64,000 nt of DNA from the NCBI GenBank assembly GCA_976226885.1, contig OZ320313.1:61442001-61506000 (forward strand), given 5' to 3'. The position numbers and the translations under genes are program-made. The notes beneath the pieces were generated by a model. The model saw only the letters and a program-made list of their open reading frames with translations. It did not search any database and had not been told where the DNA came from. Shown piece after piece: positions 52,201 to 64,000 of the stretch; positions within the stretch are counted from its first letter, which is position 1; every line of letters starts with the position of its first letter. This DNA comes from Iphione sp. A-MEVVRFRX5. Lineage: Eukaryota.

Positions 52201-55200
52201 TGTTGGAAGATGGGAGGCAGGGATGGCGTGCATGTTCAGTTTTTGTGAGCGCTAGGATGAACGGTACTCCGATGAGAGACTTGGAGTGGGAGACAGAGAG
52301 CTGGAGAGGTAAAGAGTGAGGACCAGAACGGAAACGGGATATTAGCAATTTTCTCGTGGCTCTTCCCAATAAGCAACTCTCTCTGAGGGAGCCGCCCTCC
52401 GCGGTATTGGCTGGGTCCTGTACACCCAACGCTAATTAGGACATATTCCTCAAGAAATTAATGACGGGCCCATTGAGTGTTGGGGGGCCTTGTGCTGTCT
52501 AACGGTGTCATATATCCACTTTACTAATAGAACTCGAAAAAAAGAGTAATATCCTCAGAGAGATCCTTGCCTGCATGTCTCCAAAGAGACCTTTACATAG
52601 CGGTCGTGAGTTCACAAAGAATGTGGGACACACCGTACGCACTTGTGTATTACATACAGTATTTAATACTTAGATATTCATCCTTTATCCTGGTTGCAAA
52701 AACAATTGTGTCATACAGCTCGGCGCATCTAGGGCATTGTGTTTTGTCATGTACTCACAGCTAGACGCCTAGTATTCTGCACATTTGATAACACTGCACA
52801 ACCAATAAACTTTAATTGTAAGCACAAAAATGTAGCTTCAATTTTCACTTCACGATTGCTTTGATGAATATTAAAAGTATTGTTTTGCACTAGTTCTCCG
52901 TGAAGAATGACTTGAGCGATAATGGGAATTCCAATGTTATTTTGCTAAAGATATCTTGCAACCATAGTTGGTAATTGCTTCCCAGTATTTTGAGTCCCAG
53001 TTGTCTGATAAGTTGACTAATTAATGTTAGTCCTCCTACCCAGACTGTTAATCTATCCAGGGGACAGGCTTTCCCAATCAGGTACTGCTATGAATACTAT
53101 ATCCAGCTGGCCCTGTAACTATTTTGCACTTTCACAGATACGACCCTCTGTTATCTGGAAATAGAGTGTGAGGGATCGATGCTCTGGATTTGCCCGGAGG
53201 AGATACCACCAGGCGATAAGCCTGATATGATCATGCTGTCAGTTTGTGCCACTGTTTTTGTGGACACCAGTTGGCGGTGCAACCTACAGAATAGCGCAAC
53301 AGAAAAGTCTAACGACTTCTCTGTTGCTGACAGTTTCCTCTCCTAGATCGCACCAGAATGAGTTTATATAACCGTCATAAAAAATGGAGAAAGGCCTACA
53401 GTGAGTTAGAGCGGCCGACCCGGGCAGTGTTAAGGTTCGGGTGGAGAGCCTGTTGACAAATGGCTTCTCCCTGCCTCCCTGCCTGGCCTTGGCGTTACAG
53501 CGTCTAATTAGTTTCTGGTCCCAACTCTTCAGGCGTTGCTGTCCTGGTACCCTGCTGGGAGAGGCAGAGCTGGCCACCTACCCACAGTAGCTACATTAAG
53601 CCACCATCCTTCGGCACAATCTTGATTCGCTCGAAGAACCCACAGCGATACTTACGAAGACTTCCATATCCCGTTCTGATTTTATTATAAACACTTCAAA
53701 CTTGGGCTGTCCTAGGCCAGACAGCCTTCCCTGACTCAGCTGCTCGGTAGAGATAAACACCGACCGCCACAGGAATCCCATGACCGTAAATAAGAAGAGA
53801 AGCTCAAGTGACGTGCTCCATGAGACGCCTGGCTGGACTGTGTTCAGTAGTTCACAGACTAAACACTCCCAGGTCTTTTACACCGGTGAAAGGCGCCAGT
53901 CGTCAATGTCCGTTATAGAGAAAGTGGTAAAGAAGAGGGAAGGGAAGGAGGGCAAGGAGAGGGAGAAAGATAAAGGTCACAGTGACAGCTTGCATGTGGG
54001 CATGTTGCACTGGCGCCGGTCCAAAACAATCAATTGAATTACAGGTGCGTTTTCGATGCGTAATTGTGTCATGCGGCACTTTAACAAAGTCGGATTTAAG
54101 CGGATTCATTTATTCTATTTGAATGCGGCATGAGTAGAGGGCACTAACGATCAAAATCGGCAGAATGTGTTTAAAATCTGCTTTTGAAAGCTTAACAATT
54201 AATTTTTTTCAAAACGGGTTGACCAACGCTATTTGTTTGCTGAAAACGTTGCAAGTGACTGCCAGTCATAGATCTGTCTTCTAAGCTACCAACTCATATT
54301 CACACTGAAACTGGAACTATAGATTTCTCCTGAAACCGGAAATATAGATTCCAAATGGCCTGAATTTCATGTGCCCGCGGGTTTTCCAGCCCGTGCTACC
54401 CTGTCAAAAAAGGAGTCCACGTTCCTTTCATTTAGAGGTGATCCATTCAAAACTACGTACATGTATCGTTGGAGCCGAAAACTGACATGGAACATGGGCA
54501 AAGGAAAATACCGGTAAGAATTGACAAACCTGAAAGGTATGGTGTTGGCTGCCTGATCCTTATTTGCCTGTATAATTCTGTTACTGATATCAAATTCGAT
54601 TTATCTCTATCTTTATTCTCTCTCTCCCTATTTGTGTCTCTGTCTCTGTCTCTGTCTCCCTCTTGCCTGCAACTGCCCTTACCTTGTACATGTATATGTC
54701 TATATAGTGCTACCTCCGTTTCTACACACCCCTCCCTACCTATTTCGTACCTGTGATTAAATTCCTCCCTGACATCAGAGGACCTATGACATTACCTGCA
54801 ACCTTTGTATGCCACATATACAAGGTCCACCCGCGGCAGTTTTCTCCTGTGAAGCTAATGGGGACACCTTTGCGGCAGCCTTGCGTATCGTGAATAAAAA
54901 TTCGATGGAGGTTAAACAGGGGCATGTTAATTTTGCTTTCGAAAGATTTAATTTTCGTCATACAAAGTGTTCCTTTTCATATCTTTATCCATTAAGTGTG
55001 CCGTTGCCTTTTTGAACTGTAGTCTATACTGGAATTTAAATAATTATTCATAACTCCTCATGTAATATTCCATCGCCAAAGCATAGCAAGCATATTGTTC
55101 CAGCTTTTTACAGTAGTATGGATGTTTGTGTAAATGGGTTTTGTAATTTTTCAGTACTTAATGCCCCATCTTTTTATTTAACGTAAGACACACACAGTGG

Positions 55201-57380
55201 TCATAACGTGCTGCCATAATCTCCCATAACGCTTCATTGACAGTTTTATTATAAGGTTCTTTTAAAGGGTTTTCCAGTTTTTTTAGTCTTTTCGTAGATA
55301 GGTACACACGGGAGACCAGTCGGAAATTTGTTTGTGGTCGTATTGCAAGAAAACATTGTACCACACGGTTACCGATCTTGGGAAAATACACATTATAAGA
55401 TAGTAGAACTACATGTAATCTTATCGAACGACGAACGAGCACATGAGGTATCAATTGTCTTCTACCACATACATTTGGGCCTCCAAAGAACATTGTATGG
55501 CATGTATATGTTTAGCAATTAAATTGCGGCTACGTTCCGATCAATGTGAATATTCGGTGGTTACTTACGTACAATTGTTTTTCCAATCGAGTAATCATGC
55601 GCTCAGACATTCATCTGATGCAAAAACCCGATATTTGGCTACTAAGGATGCCACCGCATGAGCGCGTTCTCATAAACAGTTAACCGAATGGTATTACACT
55701 TAATAGACTTTTATTGAACCAAACCTAGAGAGCCACTCTTTACCGCCATCCCCTCGTTTCTGATCGATTTGCTCTGAATGAAGCCAGATACCAAACCCTA
55801 TTTGTAGTGCTATGTGGTTTTCAGTGTTTCCATTTCCAGGCCTCTTGTATACCCCCTTTCTCTGTCTCTCTCCCTTCATGCTTCCCCCCTCTCTCTTTCT
55901 CTTTCTTTCGTTGCCCTTTCTCTCCACCTTTAAGGCGATAAATGTCTGTGATGTATAATAAAAAGCGTTCACTGGCAGACCAATTTCTCAGGGCTGGGCG
56001 CCCAAAGAGCAGTTGTCGCATTTTTTAACAACTGTGTCGCAAATTACAGAATTCAACACTAGATCAGAGGCAGGGGAAGAAAGTTGTCCATTTTTTTTAT
56101 GTCTGCACCACTCGTTTTTAGCGACAATACGACAGTTGCCCAGCCCTGCCTTCTGCGTGCTGGCTGCCCAGTCACAGGCTGGACAGCTGCGAGACCCTCA
56201 CCTGACAAATAATCTTGCCCATTCTCACGCACCAACTGTCATATACAGGCGCATGGGCGAGACCGCACCATGCTGCAACGAATATTGCTTGACCTCGAGA
56301 TCAAATTTTACAAGTACCCTATGTAAATGAACATAATGTTCTCATCTGTTGTGACGATTTACATGTATATGTACACGTATGTGTATACAGGAATACATGT
56401 ACTTGCTGGTATTGCAAATTGCCATTAACCTACATTGGTTGGTTTTGGCATGTCATTATCCTTCGTTTAAGTCTGCAAACATTTCTGGGTAACAAACTAC
56501 CCATGCATGCGAGTTTCTCTGCCTTCCTGTCGAGTCCGGCACGATATTATCATCTGGAAAAAGAGTGACACAACCACACACCAACTACAGCACCACATCC
56601 CTAAACCACACCAGAGAGAAACTAACCGGCCTATTTTCTCCCCACTTGTTGTCAGAGAATCTACAGAGTCCATAAGATATTCCGAATAGGTGACGAATAA
56701 CCATCCATATAAATGTATATTCAACTTGAATTTCTACGTGTAGCCACATTTGTCTGTATTGCATGCACGAAGACACAGACAGATGTCTGCCACGCATACA
56801 TTTATACATACACCTACATCCCTAGGCAAGGTACGCAGCGTGTTTGCCGCGACCACTGCATCTCAGACATGTGCTAAGCCGAACAGTTCCTTCCTCAGTG
56901 CTTGCGCATACCAATGGACTCCTTCGGGTTACGGGGACCATCGCCAACCCCATGCCTTTCCTCAAAACTGTCGCGGACTGATCGCTGCGGCCAATATGGG
57001 AATGGACAGGGGCGGTCGGTTTTGATTACCCTGACGCATCAGACACTTGACCTATGGAATATGGCGGGAGTACTAAAAGAGGCACCCGCGGCCGGCCCAG
57101 GGGTTCCCCCTTTCGTATGCTTCCGACATCCGGGGCACTAAAAATGCGTATTGAAGCGTACAGGAACAATTGAGACGGTAATGGCGGCGCGTGGACTGAA
57201 TGGACTATCACCGCGGGCGGTCTGCCGTATGCCGGGCGCCGCCTACAAATGACAACCTACCGCTGGAAAAGGGCCAAGCCGGCCGTGGACTCCGGGCCGC
57301 CTGGGCCCATCACGCCGGCAGTCAACCGTCCTGTACCCTCCCCCCCCATCGGATTCCCTACCGCGCTGCCGCCGTCTTAC

Positions 57381-57461
57381 CTTGCAAGAAACGGCCAAAG
57401 CCTTGATTGTCTCTCGCTTCGCGCTTGTGTAATTCCCTGTGATCAGCGTTGGAGCCGTAGA
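57381..57461 (-). CDS. Candidate 81-bp internal exon (minus strand)
   Basis: Acceptor cctcctcaatttttcag|, donor caag|gtaagac, length a multiple of 3, two frames open. Splice signals only, no recognisable homology. Confidence 0.35.
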
Positions 57462-60400
57462 CTGAAAAATTGAGGAGGTACCGACTGAGATGGGAATGGG
57501 AATGTAGATTGGCGGTGACCCGGCTTAGAGTAGCCCAATGTGCTCTCCTTCCGAGCCCATGCAACATTCCCTATTGTTCCACCCCTGCGCCGTCCTTAAT
57601 GACCGCCGAGAGGGTCACATGGGGTTAAAACGTGCATCATTTATTATTATATTCAGGATGTTGATGCATTGGCAAATGTCAAAGTTTATCATAATAAAGT
57701 ACCGTTCCTCTCTCGGTTACCTTCTCAGATTAACCGTGTATGAACGCTAGGTATATTTATCCCGTTATGTTCGTCTGATTACAACAATATGTCTTGCATA
57801 AAAGCGTATAATTCGGACAGAATATCGTCCCTTTCACAAGTACTAGTATTGGATATAAGTAAGATATTTCTTATCCTAGATCATATTACTCTGCCAGAGG
57901 GTATGATCGCTGCCCTATAAATTGGACATGCTATCGATTCATACGTAATAGGTGCCCGTCAGTACATATGAGACGCCCATAGAGGTTGCGCACAGTGCCC
58001 ATATATATGTATATCCGTGCATATACCTTCCTCTGCAGCTTTCTCCTATATACTCACATGAATCAGCAGACACATTGCATGTATATGGACATCCACACTT
58101 TTACAGTAGTATCGCATTTCTGTAAAACGCGAATGTTTTTGGGATTTCAGCATGTCGCTTGACAATGTGCCAACGTAAATCAGGATTCAAAACTGAACAA
58201 TAGCACCGTATTACCCATCAGGACATTCTCCTCAGATTGTATCATCGCCTTAGGAGTGTTACTGAAATTGACAAGTGCATGACCAATATATCCTTATTCC
58301 ATTCGAACACAGATGACAACGCTATCTGTATCTGCCACCACCAAATCTAGTATCTCCTGACCTGTACACATGGAATTCGGGTGCCTAATATATCAGGACC
58401 GTAATAGGAAAAGCTTCAACTATAGTGTACCACAATAAGTTATTACAGAACCAGAACTCTGAACGCATATAGCATACGACGCAGAGGATACGATATTTGT
58501 CTCTCACACCCGGAAGAAAGAAAGGTTTCATGATAAATTACAATATCGTTTCGTTTACATTATGTCACAAATGTACCGGGAAAAGAGTTTTGGAGAAAAT
58601 TATCTTTTCCAACCCAGTCGATGAATGCCAAGTGTAGGGTTTCGGATTCACAAATAATTCTACAACAACTACTGTAAGCAATAATAGTAACCGGTGCAAA
58701 CGTACGGAAACTTAAGGCAATATTTGGTGCACTACGTATGCCAGTACTCTTCCTATATTCTGAGACACCACAGTCCAAAGTTGGTATAACCCTCATCTCT
58801 TCCGTTATCACTTTTCATCATTTTTAGACCTATTAAAAATGCTTCTTTTGACCATAATGGTTTGTTTACCTCTTTTCGCACAAACCGTATGAGCACAACC
58901 TGATGTGTATAAAGCACTAAGATGTTAATGTTCCACCCATAAGGAATCAAATTTTGCTATTACGCCGAAAGACACCCTTTTCGTGCGTTGAATGCTACCT
59001 CCATTGTGAAGAGGTGAGCTACTAATTGCTCTTTTCAGGAGGACTCTGCTTCACGTATGTTGATTAGCGTTTATGCTATGACCTGCTGAACTCCTGAAAT
59101 AGGTCTTCGTCGTTATGGCTACTCCTGGTACATTGTAGGTCAGGATACTGATAACTTTACCCACCAACAATCTCTTTTTGACAGTTTTACCCGACCACGG
59201 CGCATCAGGGCGAAAGGGTCTGGCAATTCAGCTTGGGACTCGTTTTGCCTTGTCCGATCTCACGACTCCCTATGCGCAGCAGCGGTCACGTAATTGGAAA
59301 TTCTAGACTTCTAGGTGTGATAGTTGTTAAAGGGCCCTTAACGGTCAATGTATCTGACACGACCCAGTATTCTTGAACCGGGTAACGGAGAAGTTGAACA
59401 TAGAAAACATCGATAAGGGAAAACCCTCTTTTTTGGTCACTAATGTCGCAATTCGAGGGCATTTTCGAGGTTATAAGGTTACGCCCCCAGGAATCGAAAG
59501 AATCCCTCGCAGATTCTCAAAACCAAAGCTAACGCACAAATGATGCTACATAATGAGGATAGGGATGAGATGCTACGGAAGATGTACATTAGGAACGTGA
59601 GTGATAAACCGTAGCTCCAGTTACAAAATATGAATGCGTTCTCTTTTAAATAAAGATGAATGTATTCCATTCTACATACAGAGGCGGTGCTCTGGTACGT
59701 CTGCGATTTTTTTTCTGAACCAATGTAAATTTGATGTCATTGCGATATGTGTGCTTAAAACCATGACTTGTTTTGTTGGGAGCATGCAGTCTTTCAACTC
59801 GTCTCGCGATGTGTATTGAATGGACGATGAAAACCTTTTCCCATTCCAATTTATCACTGTCCTAGAGTCAGTGTATCGTAACATCCATCACTGTTAATGA
59901 TTCTGGTATCCCAACACCATTGAATGTCTTAGCCGCCCGGCCTTACGTACCTATTTTAAAAGATCGATGACACGAGCGTGGGCCGCAGCACAGTAACATA
60001 GATGACTGTTGTCTTGACCAGCAGAGTAGCTCGTGTACTTCCTCAAGACAGCAATAAATATTCTGCACTTTATCCACCAGAGTATAACTCTTTCTGTCGT
60101 TTACCCTCTGCTTGCTTTTGCAATTTCCTAAAGATTATATACATGTATATAGTAATCACCACGTGTTTGTGATTTATGGAATGGAAACAAAATTTACTGG
60201 AACTGCATAGCTGACATTCGGAAGATGTATGGAATAAATGCTGAAGATCTCCAGTGTATAGGTTTAAGAGATTGCATCAAACCAGCACAGTAGTAATAAG
60301 AAAATCACTCTATGACCCAGGACTATAAAGGGTTCCTGCAAGCAAAATATAAACAGTGTCGTGTAGTAAGAACCTGAACTAGTTTTTCCTGGTTGATGAA

Positions 60401-63060
60401 GAAGTGATCATATTCTTGAAAAAGCTGCTACTCAAACTGTGTTAACATTGTTTAACCCCTACTAACTAGCATTTAAATCATATTAGACAGGAGGGAATGC
60501 ACCCAAGTAACCTTCCGGTTTAACCATAGTTGGTCTGAGCCTAGCCTTAATACATCAAGGGATTTCCCCCGGTCAATTTTAGGTCGATGTCAGCGACAAA
60601 TGAGGCTATAAATCATCTGCCATATTGCCCGGATACATGTGTCTGATAGCTACAAAACCGTCTAATCGATGTGGAAATTTTCAGACCCCAAGCAGAGGTA
60701 GTTAATGGTCACTTTTGAATGGCTTTATCTAGAAGCCATCTTACCCAGTGGGCTTTCCCACTTGTTAATCAGCCACTGGGACGGGGGGGGTAGGAGTGAA
60801 CAAGGTTGCCAAGATAACATATGCAGATATGGTTGCAGAGGCAGCCAGTCAGAGGAGGTCATCCGGTTCAATATTTGAAGGCTAATGATCCCATCGCGAA
60901 GGCGCATGCGTACCAATGCCGTCTGGACGCGAGGCGGCCCTGAGGAAGAAGGTAGAAAGCTGTATTTGTCGTTTGCATCATAGTGTACGCACTAATGTAG
61001 CGTGGACTAATGTCCCTGTTCGGGCCGATGTCACTCTGGTGTTCTAGCCCTCCATTAAGGCCATTCACCCAGAAAATGGCATCGATTGGTGTTGGTATAC
61101 AAAAACAGAGCACAGATGTCGAATCCAACTTGATGGGATCAGGCCTTTAACTATAATATTAAGATGATTTAAACATACACCAGTACCTTCATTCCTTTAA
61201 AATGAATGGGTCTTTACTTTTCATATATTGACTCACTTAATCTGTTATTACTTTCAAAGATTTTAAAATTACCCTCTTTTGCCCACCTTTTTTTATCTGG
61301 ATTCCTCTGTAAGCATCCGCTACTAGAAATTGTATACATTACGTTTCACGAGCACGGATCTCATAATATATTAATGAAACGTTGAAATAGTTAACCTTGT
61401 ACTGTATTTTAATGAATATGGTAGTGACCATTACCATGGGATCATGTCAATTGAACAAAAGCTTGTCTCTATAAATAATGTCGTTTAGGTTTGGTATTGG
61501 TGAGTGCCATCATACACATCCATTGCTACATTTAGAACAAGCATATTCAACGTTTAGCAACAAATGACACCGGAGTGAGTGCATGCATGTGAATTGACCT
61601 CACTTAGGTAAAAAAATGATCATATCAGACAGGAATATCATGAAACACTGAAATCGAGATCAATAGGAAGGACCTACTTATTTCTCGCAGATGGCTATCG
61701 GTTTGACCTTGGATTGACCCCGTGTAAAATCAAGGTCAAATACTACCTCTAAAGCTGGGTCAGGACGTGCCTAGCGTTATGAGATGTAGCGTTCAATTAG
61801 TTGGCCCATTCATCTCAGCTGTCGAAGCACTGATGGACCAGGGCCTCTTTCAGATGAGATCCATGCTGTTACTGTATTCTTCATGGGTCAGGGGTGGTGA
61901 ATAATTGATTTGAGATTGGTGGCATGTGAAGGAATATGCTATAGGGAAATGCTTTGGAAAAAGAAGAAACTCGGAAAGGCATTCTACCAATCAACGTACT
62001 GCTCGCTTTCGTTCGATCTCATTCCATATATATGATTGGGAATCTGTATTGAGAACATATGAAGAAGGCATGCTAAACGTGGATTTCGGACATCCTGATG
62101 AGCACCATGTTTCTATTTTGTGACTGGCATACATGTAATGTAGGTTTGCAATGTTATGTCGCATGATAACGATATAATTTCGATTGGTTTATGCTCACCT
62201 CTTTTAAAGGATCCTTAAAGCTTACTTTGCTGTAGGTGGGTTCTTTGTGTCTGTTCTCAAAAAGTAAGATAGTGTGATGTCCTGCTAGGTACGGAAGGCG
62301 GAATGCATATTAATTGGTCGAAATTTCCGCCTGAAAAGGCGTCATCTGAGCAGCTCCTGCACCACTAATGAGGGGAATGAGCTGCTCAATGCAGGTCATT
62401 ACACGAGTTGCTCCCAGGTCCACCTCATTTCATTCAGGGACCCTTTCAGCTTGCCAAGGTTCGTCGGAGCCGTTGCTTTGAGCATTCGAATTTCCGCCTA
62501 CAAAAAAAACTTTTGTGCCCTCTCTTCTTGTGGCTGTTTTCTCATCTTTAACACTTGCCCTGACAATTTCCGTGAGAGGTGCTTGACACTATTCACGTCA
62601 CTGTTCCATCGTGCGAACATCACTGATCTTTTTAAAAATAACTGACGGATGTTTTAAATCGGCTTTCGTACCCGCCATAGGCAAAGACGTAAGGGCAATA
62701 TAACGGTATTGATAAAATGCAAGCCAATGCGACTGATCCAACATATTGGATACGTTCTTTATAAATGTACAATAAAGTCTCGATGTCCGAATGGCCCCCG
62801 CTATATGGATTTTTATTCAGATATTGATTAACTTTAGATATTGAGTATTATTTTCAAGCTACAAAGCCTGCAGTTTCAATTAATTTCGTTGGGAAACGTA
62901 TAGTGAATGGACGAGATTGGGTACTTACACGTACAGGTATGTGCATGCACAAATACACACACATATATATGTACATATTGAATCATCAACAATGAACACA
63001 CAGGACTGGGGTAGAACATTCAATTAAGGTTTTATTTTAAATAAAATATTTGAATGTGAG

Positions 63061-64000
63061 TGAAACTGATCTTCCTATGAATCAATGATAAATCCTCAAC
63101 CGTTAACCATTCGAACCCAAAGACACTTTATCCTATTGAATCCTATTCATCCCGGAAATCATCAATCTAACATTGTAATCCAAAACATCTGGGGGAATTG
63201 AAAATCTCTTTTTATGCCCAAAAACTTTACCACTTGAATAATTTGAGACTGCCGAAGCACACGTTGCCAATGGTGAAAAGGCACAACACATCCTGAATTG
63301 CACCTGAGCCCATGGATAAGGATTGAAATGGTATATCTATTACAAACCGTGTAGTACATCTCTTTTTATCCCCTCCTAGTCTTGCGTTGACAGAATAGAC
63401 ACTACTTCTCAATAGATCTATTCGATCCTTCAACACCAACCTCAGATCTGCAACAAATAAGAACTTCCTTGCACCTTCCAATCAAGATCTCCATCTAACA
63501 TCCTCATTCAAAATTGTCCATCTCTCCTAGATAATGTATCTGCCATAACATCATCTTTAGTCTTTTTATCATTTTATTATAGATAGTATAAATCCAGTAT
63601 ATTTCTTTCAGCGACCACGTGCAAGTCTTTTTAGAGCTTCTTCCAGTCCTAAGCATCTAAAGAACCTGTGTATTATCCACCATGAACAACACACAACTAA
63701 CTTTCCAGACATCATGTCATCTCTTTCACGAAACCACAATTAGCCAGATCCCAAGAACCAATGCTCCATGCAGTAACCGGCAAAGCCGTTTTAAGGAGGA
63801 ATCTGTATAATAGGCATGTTCAACAATTCCTGGACGAAGAATTTTTCCAATGCCATTGAGAAGCTTAGAAAGGGTTAACCACCAGCTTAAATCATCCAGA
63901 ATGAAGTCGCTAACCACAACTTTCTTACCGTTCCTCGTTAAGACCTCGACAAAATCATATAAGCTCCTTCACAACGTCCAGAGATCTAAAATATACATGA
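63061..64000 (-). pseudogene. Decayed YR retrotransposon remnant (end of RT, RNase H, N-terminus of YR), running off the right edge
   Basis: Minus-strand translation across stops and frameshifts gives LYDFVEVL...DDLSWWLTLSKLLNG...YYTDSSL / GFAGYCMEHWFLGS / VDNTQVL*MLRTGRS / MADTLSR, then YR-like YYTVCNRY, NYSSG-VKFL, DYNVRLMISGMNRI, LTVEDLSLIH. These align in order with ORF2/ORF3 of the intact element (DLLWF..YNG, YCDASLTGMG, CDNSAT..SSGR, YADALSR). Confidence 0.78.

Noticed and set aside
1-64000. CRISPR arrays, rRNA, tRNA, prokaryotic operons
   Set aside because: No regularly spaced repeat-spacer pattern or conserved RNA-gene sequence seen; the DNA is sparse in ORFs and has spliceosomal signals.

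Overview
Animal (probably marine invertebrate) genomic DNA, roughly 40% GC, mostly intronic/intergenic. The informative part is the first 7 kb. A CR1/L2-group LINE ORF2 (open from position 1, so cut by the window edge) is split at a codon boundary by a complete 4,830-bp tyrosine-recombinase retrotransposon on the minus strand (1429-6258). This element has the Ngaro/PAT split-direct-repeat layout A1-gag-RT/RNaseH-YR-B1-A2-spacer-B2, three intact ORFs, repeats that appear identical by eye, and no target-site duplication. Removing it restores LINE ...LEQVR|EFKFLG... exactly. A second, unrelated and heavily decayed YR retrotransposon (RT-RH-YR) lies at the right edge (63061-64000). In between I can support one strong plus-strand coding exon of an unidentified protein (48977-49253), a few weaker exon candidates, two or three non-autonomous DNA transposons, microsatellites and short tandem duplications, and a roughly 10-fold excess of the palindrome TACATGTA. 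I found no rRNA, tRNA or CRISPR features. I cannot show a wholly new biological system. The best lead is the young, precisely integrated Ngaro element and the cis-signals in its repeats.
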